A stretch of DNA of 64,000 nucleotides from positions 744,001 to 808,000 of the forward strand of contig JAQGDQ010000027.1 in the NCBI GenBank assembly GCA_030141605.1, read 5' to 3'. Below are positions 40,343 to 50,645 of the stretch, piece after piece (position 1 is the first letter of the stretch; every line of letters starts with the position of its first letter). The position numbers were made by a program, and so were the translations under genes. The DNA comes from Tubiluchus corallicola. Its lineage: Eukaryota; Animalia; Priapulida. The notes beneath the pieces were generated by a model. The model ran no database searches. It was not told the DNA's origin and was given only the letters and a program-made list of their open reading frames with translations.

Positions 40343-40417
40343 GTATCGTCAGAAGAGTACGATAATGGCGCCACCTCTTCGCAAAACAGGAAGTTAAGAT
40401 GGCAGTGGAACACGTGA
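40343..40417 (+). CDS. STAC-like gene, probable last coding exon (VSSEEYDNGATSSQNRKLRWQWNT*)
   Basis: gatttttag acceptor, phase 0, TGA at 40415-40417, followed by ~2.6 kb of T-rich repeat-poor UTR-like sequence. Confidence 0.6.
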   Translation, partial: VSSEEYDNGATSSQNRKLRWQWNT

Positions 40418-43000
40418 CCTAAACCGCTCCTTAACTATTGGGAAGATTTTTGATGATCTCATCAATTCGATTGCATCCCACTCGACTGATGCGCTAAGCT
40501 CATTGACTTTGAGCTGTGAGATTTTTTAGCCACAGTGACGTGCAGTTAGAAAACATTGATTTTTACATCCACAACGTTTGCAGCATGCTTTACCAAGATC
40601 TTGTTCTTGGATCTTATTGTTGTGGAAGGCACAATGGGGTGTTTGAATGCATGATTGTTAATTTGTTCATCTCAAAACATCTGAGATTTTAATAAGTTTA
40701 AGATTTTGTAATTATGTGTTATATCGGTCTCCCTTTTTTGTCCTTTATCTCCCTATTGTTCATATAAGTTTTTCATATCTTTTTTCTTGATTTCGTATTC
40801 CTTTTGCAGGGAAAATGGCCCAATTTGGCAATTTAAAGAGGCATTTGTGGCCTTTAGGTCAACTTATTAAGCGGACACATAACTTAACAATGTGCTTGCA
40901 GGTCTTACAGTTTACTGGGTATTGTCTTACATGAACTCTGTTTATTGTTTCATTTGTTGGATCACTGTCTCTTGGAACTCAATTTGCTTGCTTCGACTTC
41001 TTCTATGTAGCTCTCTGCTAAGGTGCTAATAAAAAATTTACCAGTGTTGCCGTTGTCTCTTCCCCTGCTATTTTACAAGAGTATTTATTGTATATTGGTT
41101 TTGTAAATGTACATACATATTTTAATACTGGCAGTGATAGTAAACTAAGCTTGCCGCCAGCGGCTTATTTGCTTTAGTTAAAGACGCCAATATTCGTAAT
41201 TTTATTATCTGACAGTTACAAAGTTTTTGGAATGCATTTTTCAGGTTTTTTCATGTTGAATATCGGGGCAGTAAAGCTTGTATGGTGCATAAACCTGCTA
41301 GCTCTATATTGTTTAATATAGTTTGGTGTTCTAGTCAAAGAAATGCTATCACGAATTATACAACTTTTTTATTTAGCATAGCAGTTTCCCATTGCCTTGA
41401 CTGGTAAACTAATGAATTTACCCATCTTACACCGCTTCTTCCAATTAGAAAAGATAAAAACTGATCATATTGTATATAAGTCAGATACAGCATAAAGATA
41501 CAAGATTTAATCTAAGTTACACGTCTTCGTTTAGTGCATGCATAATTAGGCAAACACTGAATGGCTATCATTGAGTAATGGGACGAGCTAAAAATGAATT
41601 TTCATTCCTAAAATGTAAGAATTTTTAGAGCAGCTTAGGCCTGAATTTTCATTTCAGTTTAGTTACTATACATCATACGTAAACTTCAAATGGTACTCAA
41701 ATGTGCACACGTAGTATTTTCAGCTAATTGTTGTCAAGTTTAAATGTAAAAGAATTTAAAAGCTCATTAATTTCGTTGTTATGCAATTTACGGGTTACTC
41801 ACATACATAGTATAGTTCATGCCCTTGTTGTTATTTTATCCACTCCGTTTATTTTTACTAGCATAATCATGTACATATATTTAACTCATTTTATTGTAAT
41901 TACGAATTTGTGTCGAAGGTATAATATTTGTGTGTACATAAAGCTTTATAACATGTTTATTTACGTTCTACGTATTGTTAAGAAGTTTGTAAGCTAAACG
42001 ATTTTGAGCGTGTCAATGCTTTTATGGCAGGAATAATTCTCAGACAGATTGGCCATTAAAACACGACATGGACGTTAGAAGTTCCACTTTTGCGCATAAT
42101 TCCTGGCCCCGGGCTTTTAAACTATAGCAGTAACATTAATAGCTCTATCGCATCTCTCGTGTCTACAGAATCGCTCTGCTTTTCCTGTACTTCATAAATT
42201 TATATCGGCAGTTGAAGATTTTATCGAAAGGATTTAGTAGCGTGGGTAGTGACTGAGAATATTTATGGATTGTTTCATATCCATTTGTGACCTACCTATT
42301 CAATCATGATGGTTAATGATAAGAAATATATGCAAGTTGCCGTACGATTATAATAAAATAATAAGAGATTATTTTATCATCTCAATCAGTTTTACATGCT
42401 GAAGAGTTGAAACAAAGAATTTAATACCAGAATCTTTCAAAATTAGTTTATACAGCACGATGTCATTTTAGAAACTTGCTTTGCAAATAAAAACTATGAT
42501 TTCTTTTGAACTGAAATTATTTATTTTTATTTCAATGCCGTGGTTATCGGTTATGATAATACAAATGTTGTTTAAACTTTTTATAGCATTTATAACACTT
42601 GGCAATATAAGACTTCACATTTTTAAAGTAACGTTATGGTGGCATTCTAACTTGCAAAAACGTTTTTTACGGCATTAAGGTTTAATTATTATTAATTGTC
42701 AATGCAATTGCGGCTACTACAAAACATTTGTGTATTGGGCTGTTTTATTTATTTATCATGCAAAGAATTATCTAAAAATTTCTGTTTGTAAATTTATGAC
42801 TATGTTAATTATAATTACTCAGTATTATACTTGTGATTGTAGTTATTAAGGTTTTCATATTTTCGCATACAATGCCAGTTCACAGCTTAATTCATATGTA
42901 ATATTTGAAAAAGCGTGACTGCATGATTTAGAAGTTAGCCCAGAAACTGATAGACTGAAACTGACACACACAAACTGTTACACACATTATTTTAGTAGTA

Positions 43001-43022
43001 AATAAACGTTAGTGTTAATAAA
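43001..43022 (+). terminator. Candidate polyadenylation signals (two AATAAA) for the STAC-like gene
   Basis: AATAAA at 43001 and 43017 followed by T/GT-rich sequence. Other AATAAA sites lie upstream, so the site used is uncertain. Confidence 0.35.
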
Positions 43023-43299
43023 TTTTTGAATCACTGAAAGAAATTGGTGTTTCATTTCAATTGCCTTTTAGCGACAGTCTTGCTTGTGTTTTTTTTATGA
43101 AATCCATTGACAGCGCAAACATTGCGAAAAACCTTGCCCAGTAGAACTTCTTTATGCTGCAAATTATTCTATCATTCGTTCACTAAATACGTTCTACGCT
43201 TTACGCAAGAACAAAAACGCCCCAAATTTTATTAGAACCCCAAAAAGCTCTATCTGGTACATCATTGTCAAATACGATCCGAAGTTCATCCAGTCACAA

Positions 43300-43655
43300 T
43301 AACAAGTCTGTTACATGTGAAACAGAAATAACAAATCTATGCATACAAAGACATAACCTCGGGTTTGGTTACAAATAAAAGAATGGCCCTCTCCAGCTGT
43401 AGCTGCAGGGTCGTAGTGACAAATTGAAAACTCACACTCCGTTGCGGTTACAAAATAGTCCGTAGTATTTTCCTGCAAAGTTTCAGTAACCTATATAAAA
43501 AACTGTGGCCAGTGAAAGCTTTCAAATATAAATATGACAACAACAACTACTACTACTACAGCAGCAGCAGCAACAACAGCAGCAACAGTGACGACAACAA
43601 CAACAACCTGCTTTAGATACTTTTTTAAACAATCTTCAGTGAACTGATAGCTCTA
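43300..43655. mobile_element. HINE-like element, related to 29616-30042
   Basis: Shared AAAACTGTGGCC...TTTCAAA.ATAAA..G.CAACAACAAC block followed by a CAA/CAG microsatellite. Confidence 0.45.
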
Positions 43656-44164
43656 CTAAACCTTCCTGTTCATCCTAAGATTCCTAAGAACATCCTGCCC
43701 TTATAGGAAAAACAACATTCTGTATGCTTTGACTCATGTAGTCAATGTCATAAAACTTTTTATTAAAGGACAAGATAAGTACATCTTCGCGTGCAATGGC
43801 ATTTCACGCTTTAATTCAATTCATTATGGCATCGTGCATTACAACAGTAAAACCAATTAGATAGATTTGTTAGATAAAAAATTCTTACATAATTAATAAA
43901 CTATGTTAGTATTACGTCTACATGTACATACACTCAGTCTACTCTATACCCACTGAGTGAATCTATGGCCAGGTAAAACTTTGTTTCGCAACTACAAATT
44001 AGGCGTAGCGATTTGTTAACAAACCAGAGCTAGTTTTCTTAGCAGATTTATATTTTGTAAAAAATGGATTTATATTTAATTGATTTGATGATGATCACTA
44101 TAGCAGTGCTACCACCTTTTGGCCATTACCGCAAGAAAACGAGTTGTTGCAACAATTTTTATCA

Positions 44165-44290
44165 TTATTTATTTATTTGTTTTTTGTTTGTTTGTTTGTT
44201 TGTTTGTTTGTTTGTTTGTTTGTTTGTTTGTTTGTTTGTTTGTTTGTCTAACTGTCTGTCTGTCTGCCTGTTTATTTATTTATTTATCTG
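44165..44290. repeat. (TTTG)n/(TTTA)n microsatellite
   Basis: Directly visible. Confidence 0.95.
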
Positions 44291-44514
44291 TCTATTTACT
44301 TTAGCACATCACATGCTCTATGAGCATATAGTTTATTCAGTATACCAGGTAGCTAAACTAAAACTGATGCTTTCAACATTTAACACTGGTTGCCTGTCTA
44401 AAAACATGGGAAAGTTGTGCGAATTAGTAATAAGCAAAGTCCAGAATTTCAAATGAGCAAAATACATTACTGTCAATAACCTTCTGAGCTAAAATTTTAG
44501 ACCCCAGGGTAAAA

Positions 44515-45462
44515 ACTTATGTTTGGAGAGATCGGTAGAAATTTCGAATGTAATTTGCATGCAAACCGTATAGTGGAAATTTTCACAAACTCAAAGTGGG
44601 GAAAATACGCAGTATAAGCATTTACGCCTCAAAAAATGATTTACTGCAATTTCTATTAAAGAGATTAAAGTGCTTACCACGGCAACGTATAGACAGGCCA
44701 CGCAATACACGAATGACGAAGAATCTATGGGATACAACTAGCACACTCATCTCAGCTGTAACGATTGAAAGGGTTAGATCTTGCGAAAGTAAAATTAGGA
44801 AAGTCTTTTCGCCAGCTAACATTTTCATATGTCACATTCCTGTGATATTTAACAACAAATATGTTTTAGGAAAAATTCAAATTACGGATACCATTAATAA
44901 GACCGTATATCAATTGAACAGCGAATTGTATAAATTAACCAGTAATGGGGACTTAATATTGAGGGAAGTGGCAAAATTTTTCGTTAATAATGAATTGATG
45001 GCAATGGATGGATTACACCTAAGTAGAACAGGTGTTGATAAATTAACCCAGGTAATTTCTCACTGCTTGACCAGTGACAATAAAAGGTGGATTGCACCTA
45101 AACGGTATAATAGTAGGCTAGTAAAGCCCATTATAGGACAAACAGCGTCAATCACAAAAAGCAAGGAAATGAATGATAATTTTATACTACAGCAACCATT
45201 GGGAAGACCCGCTTTGCTGCCAACGCCGGTACCTGATCAGGATTGTTACACTACAACAAACAACAAAACCACTGATCAAGACCTACTCGTGAATAATAAA
45301 CAACACAATAGCACATACGCACAGGTATTACACAAACAACCAAAACAGATTAGCACCCCAACCACTGGTTCGCCTGCATCAAATTGTGACCCTGAAAAGA
45401 AAGAACAATTGAATGAGCTCATTAGTAACGCTGTGCAAAAGTTCTTAAACAGTTTTCTGTAA
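44515..45462 (+). pseudogene. Decayed SGNH/GDSL-esterase-like ORF, probably LINE (CR1/L2-type) ORF1
   Basis: DGLHLSRTG (block V), SISIYASKNDL (block III-like), and frameshifted LMFGEIGRN upstream where GDS is expected. P/T/Q-rich tail. No ORF2 follows. Confidence 0.6.
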
Positions 45463-47413
45463 TTAAAATTTTATGCAAGAAGCTGCCGTTGTAGCAGACA
45501 AATTTATTTCGAGTTTCCCGATTGAATTTCATTGGTATTGACGCTTTTATGATCAGTTTAAAAATAACGTTTTTGCTATTTATGCTACTACTTAGTGCCG
45601 TCTGTACTTTATATAATGTACCCACTAATGATGAAATGTGTTATAGGCCTATCGTCAACATTAGCCTATTGGTAATCAGTCTAACTGGCATAATTTACGT
45701 TACTCTTTCTAAGTCACACAATAGTAAATTAATAATTATGATGCTGATAAATCTAAGCGTAATACCTTCACATATTTTACTAGTGGACCCATGTTGCCTT
45801 AATTCTGATGCTGTGCTTTATAGTCTTGACTTAATAAGTATTACAGATCTTAATTTTTATTTCAAAAATCTTCATATGTGTGAAAGCTAAATGTAATTCC
45901 CATAAAATTTTATTTATTGCTTCGATATGCATCTTACAGCAGTGGCATCAATGGCAACACCAACTTACCTGTAATAATTAATAATTATGATAGTTTTAAA
46001 CTTAAAAATTGGCCCGATTTTAATGATTTTAACTTTAATTTCAAAGTTAAACCACTTGTAAAAAATGTTTTTAATTCTGTGTACTTCCTGAAAAGGCAAA
46101 TGCGTTCAATACTGCATTGCTACTGGTGCAAAATGTGCTTAAATTTCTTTAAAAACAGTGTGTAAACAAACTTGGCACAGTGTATAACAAAAAAGCATCA
46201 CTGGCCTGCGTGATTAGCATTAAACGAGCGACGCGCATATATTAAGAAGTAAATTAATTTTACAGTAACTTAGCAACATTGATTTAACCAAATACCATTA
46301 GAAAAATAAAAAGCATTTTGTCAGGTATTTGGCTATTGTACCTTATGCGCAGAATAAAGTTTCCTTTACTAAACCTTTTTGAAAAGTGTTTACTCCTATA
46401 AGGTCTATAACATTTAAATGTCTACACTATGTAGTGGTTTACAATGAGACGTAGAATAACAGAAAAACAAGAAATTTTCAACTTTTCATACAGCATTATA
46501 AGGAAAATGATCTGGAAAGTGTTCGCCTAAAAATCTACTTGCTCTTTGCTTGAAAATAGCTTAACATCCAGCTCTTACTTTGGAGGCTTGATGAGTAACT
46601 TGATATTAATTTAAACTATGCATAACTGACTACTTTCATTAGAATACATACGTGTGTAAGCAATGTTCGTAATGCAAATCGTTTTATTTATTCGTTAATT
46701 GTTTTTTTTTTAATTATTTTTTAAATAAAATTTTCCCGCAAACGTGCGGGCATAAGAAACTGTCAAAAAGTGTGAGCAGCAGGTAAACTCCAATTCAATG
46801 TTATGCTAGAAACCTTTTATAAAACTTCCCAATAATTTTATAACCTTTTGCTTTTAAAACTCAGACAATATTCATTTGAGCGAGTAGTTGTTTTGTACTG
46901 TTTTCTGTTGTTTTTTTCTATTTAGCACTGAAGTAATGCTTTAACTGATGATTCGTAGTCATAACCTTCCCTTCAAGTCATGACCAATCGGTGTATAATA
47001 GGAACCACTATACCTACTGTTCTTACTAGACACCGCTCTGGTCATGTCATGGTGAGGTGTGTTTAGATAGCACTAAGCTGGCCGGATTAAAAAAAGGTAC
47101 AGTCGTCAGTGAATGACCGGATTAAAAAGATCTGATCGGCTGGGTTGTTAGCAGCGGTTTGTACAGTCGGAACAATTTTGCTCGCAACGGGTAACAAAGT
47201 ACTGTTTTCAGTTTACGCCATTGCGTGCTATATCCTCTTTAGAATGGCACTGTCAGAGACAATTTTGTCTTTTCTTTTTTTATTAATTATGACTGTGATT
47301 GTCAGAATTTTTTATAAACCCTTGCGGTTTGTTTTACCAGTCATTACAGCTTGAGGGTAATAAGTTGAAGAAAAGAGACACTGTAGAGAAAAGAGATAAA
47401 AGAAAAACAATTG

Positions 47414-47485
47414 TAGACTAGTCAGGATTTGAACCGGATACATGAAATTAGTACTTCCATGCTCTACCGTCTGAGCAACCAGTCA
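47414..47485 (-). pseudogene. tRNA-like cloverleaf (72 nt, ACT loop), SINE head or tRNA pseudogene; truncated second copy at ~50780-50900
   Basis: Minus strand: TGACTGG TT GCTC AGACGGTA GAGC A TGGAA GTACTAA TTTCA TGTA TCCGG TTCAAAT CCTGA CTAGTCT A, followed by a T run. Confidence 0.7.
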
Positions 47486-47602
47486 ACATCACCAGATCAG
47501 GCCTGAGGCTTTCCTAAATTTTTGTCTTTTTAGCCTACCTTAAATAATACTCTTTAATTAGATTACATTAGATTGGTGGATCTGTAATAATCTACTTAGT
47601 CT

Positions 47603-48799
47603 CTATAATCCTATCCACTCAGGCGGCCAATAATCTTCTGGCTTGAAGATATGATTTTTGTCCTTATACCCATCGTCATGCATATCACGAAAATATGTCA
47701 CAGTGCCTCTGGACAAATATCCACACCAAAAGCTGTAAGTGCCAACAGTCGTAATAACGTGATCACAAAATTCGCTCACAATACACATATCCACCGCGGG
47801 TTCATTCCCAGGTGGTATGAACAGCACATCTGAACCGTTTATATTTTCCTTATTCCACGTCATGTCCTGACCAATCACTACAAAAATTACTTTTGAAGAC
47901 AATTTTTTCCTCATGTGGAACATTGCTTTTGCCAAATACTCGGGTGTGGCTGTAGTTACGTGCGTTTTATTTTTGTCTAACATATCACCTCTGCGCACAT
48001 GGATTCCCACAAGAACCGTTCCAGACTTTACCCTGTCTAATAAATTATAGTTCTTTAGCTGCCTGTGAAGAATCTTATGTGCCTGGGCTTTGGTTTCGTC
48101 ACTGAATTGAAATTGTTTCCTTATCTCTTCTGTCCAAGGAGCGAAGAATTTGTATGAAGCCAAATATCCTTTCAAGCTGATATTCTTACAAGGCGTGTTC
48201 GTCTTATCATGCTTATTGAATTTTTCGGTTAAATGATGAGCACCTGGAAAAAACACTGCGCCATATTTTAGACGAACGCGCAAAAACTGTACTCGGTAGC
48301 TGAGGTATGAATCCCACGACAATACTGGACGTATCCATAAATTTGGGAAAATACTATACAGTCTAAAGTTTCCAGCAAGTATTGCAGTCAGATTGTTGGC
48401 CCTTGCTATCCCATACAGCGATGCATATTCAAACATGTTGTTGCCAAGCCTTCCTGCAAACATTCCCATAGTTATGTAACACAGAGCTGGATCCAATGAA
48501 GTTATCTGCTTCAAAATATAAGTTTGTAAAATGTCATTTTGATTTTGAGCCTTGCCTCCGTTATAGATAATTGGAATTTTATGACTGTGTTGAACAGAAG
48601 CCAAGGACGGTAGATGCGTCAGCGAACTAATTGAAGAAAATCTAGAAACCATTTTAAAATGAGAAGCAATATCAATATAGACTAAATAGTGGCGGCATAA
48701 TAGCACTACCAACAGTAAGAGACATATGAACTTGCAATGCGGATTTCGAGAATAGGTGTATAATGAAGAAGAGCCATTTCCGGTAACGTCTTCATTCAT
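47603..48799 (-). CDS. Galactoside alpha-1,2-fucosyltransferase, GT11 family (FUT1/FUT2-like), single coding exon
   Basis: 398-aa intact ORF with an N-terminal TM segment (FICLLLLVVLLC, type II), GRLGNNMFEYASLYGIAR, GIHVRRGD (HxRRxD), DHVITTVGTYSFWCGYL and the C-terminal EDYWPPEWIGL typical of FUT1/2. Acceptor (plus-strand CT 48824-48825) just upstream of the ATG. Confidence 0.95.
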   Translation of the reverse strand: MNEDVTGNGSSSLYTYSRNPHCKFICLLLLVVLLCRHYLVYIDIASHFKMVSRFSSISSLTHLPSLASVQHSHKIPIIYNGGKAQNQNDILQTYILKQITSLDPALCYITMGMFAGRLGNNMFEYASLYGIARANNLTAILAGNFRLYSIFPNLWIRPVLSWDSYLSYRVQFLRVRLKYGAVFFPGAHHLTEKFNKHDKTNTPCKNISLKGYLASYKFFAPWTEEIRKQFQFSDETKAQAHKILHRQLKNYNLLDRVKSGTVLVGIHVRRGDMLDKNKTHVTTATPEYLAKAMFHMRKKLSSKVIFVVIGQDMTWNKENINGSDVLFIPPGNEPAVDMCIVSEFCDHVITTVGTYSFWCGYLSRGTVTYFRDMHDDGYKDKNHIFKPEDYWPPEWIGL

Positions 48800-50423
48800 A
48801 ACTTGCAGCAGATCAATTAACGCCTAAGACAAAAAAGATGTAGAATATTATAACGACAGCTGAAGCAAACTGACCCCTGGAGATCGTGTCTCCATCAAAG
48901 GCTTTTAGTAAGCGCTGTCAACTTCTTGGATCAGCGCCACTGTTGGATCACCCTGGGTCATTTCCCTCTATGCCAAAAACACCATAATTTTTCCCTTATT
49001 GAATGTGTAAATTATTCAAGGCATTTTAAAGGTGGCTTTTGAACATGGCAGGTACGATATTAGACTGATAAAGTTTCACGTTGCTTGTCTCTTCTAAAAT
49101 GAAATGTAGCTATTGACATGAAACGCAATTCCGTCCTGCAACTTGTCACTTTATTCTTGTGACTTAAAAATAATAGACACCGTGGAAAACACCGTTTTTC
49201 TTTGTTACGTGACTTTCAATTTAAAATTCCGATAATGAATAGCATTTTCCGATAGAATTTCACAGAATTTACCCAGCAGGGCACATCTTCAGATTGTAGT
49301 TGTGTGCACGTGAGCTACCGAAGTACTTTAGCCAACTTTTGGTATCAAACATTTGAACAAAATTGATAACTGCGTGACCGGATGCTTGAAGTCTTGAACA
49401 ATGTACTTCTGAACAGTCTTTTACGACACACTAGAAGTTTGGCGCATGGTTAGTATAAATGCTGAGAAAAACGACTTGCTAATTTGTGATAGTACTAGAA
49501 GTTAGATTAGAGGTGAAACTAGGAAATCAAGCATAGTGTGGGTGCAGGCTAAAAACGTGGTTAGATTTACGAATAAGTTGGCTTAAAGCCAGGCTACTTT
49601 TACTTTTTTTAGGCAATTTAGACTAGACCAAAATCCTGAAAATGTGCTTTTACAAGTTTTGAACCCACTCGGGCGTTTTTGTTCTAAAAGTGGGCAATAT
49701 AACCAGTCTTATCGATTTCATTATGCTTAATCCGAATAAAGCTGTTGACAGCTCGAACAATTAGCGGAAAGGAAAAAATGCAAGAAACAAAATGGGTGCC
49801 AAGTTTTAGCATAAACAACGTAAATTAAGAGAAATTTCACCAAAATTAATGTTAAGAAGCGCTTATGACATCTATCCTAGGGTTGCTGGACACGAGGGGC
49901 CAATGTCTGTTATTTACTACCGTTCATGACTACCGTTTTCATAATTAGTATGTCAGTTAAAGGCTTTAAGACGTTACGTTAGTGTTATTAGAAATTCCTA
50001 TACTGACATGTGGAAAAAAACAAATGAGGAGGTAAAATTGGGAATCTTCAGATTATCATCATCATCGCCATCTTCATCACTATCACCACTACCGTCACCA
50101 TCACTTTCCCCTCCACCACTACTACAACATCATTATGACACTTGTCGATAGTTGATATGCTTGAGCCGACACAACAAACACCAGAGTTATAATATTCATT
50201 CTTGTGTCAGCCCCCCAGCAGAACTATTAGGTGCAAATAAGCTGCACGCTTTTGACAATAGAGACTGAAAACGTTATTGTACAACCGGGTATTCTGTTCT
50301 GTACTTGTTCTGTTCAAGAGTTCAAAAGCAAAGCACCTATCGATTTTTTCAGGTTTTTCTGTCAATTGCCCACTTTTCTGTATTTAAAAATCACAGTGTT
50401 TCGCAAGCTACTGAGCAATTTTA

Positions 50424-50645
50424 GCAGCAATATTATATTATATGTAACTTTAATAAAGACTGGTAAATAGATTCTGGAACTTTCATTATTTTGTTTTTAA
50501 TTACTCGTTTTATTTATTTAGATTTATTTATATTTATTTAAGAGCAATACTATATTACTATGTAACTTTAATAAAAAGTGATCAATAGATTCTGACACTT
50601 TTATTTTTTCTTTTTAATTACTCGTCTTATTTATTTTGATTTGAT
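50424..50645. repeat. Diverged ~120-bp tandem duplication
   Basis: TATGTAACTTTAATAAA...AATAGATTCTG..ACTTT...TTTTTAATTACTCGT occurs twice. Confidence 0.85.

Noticed and set aside
40810-40857. Possible extra exon (ttttgcag ... ag|gtcaac) that might begin an SH3 domain
   Set aside because: No frame resembles SH3, the donor is weak, and it lies after the stop-containing exon.
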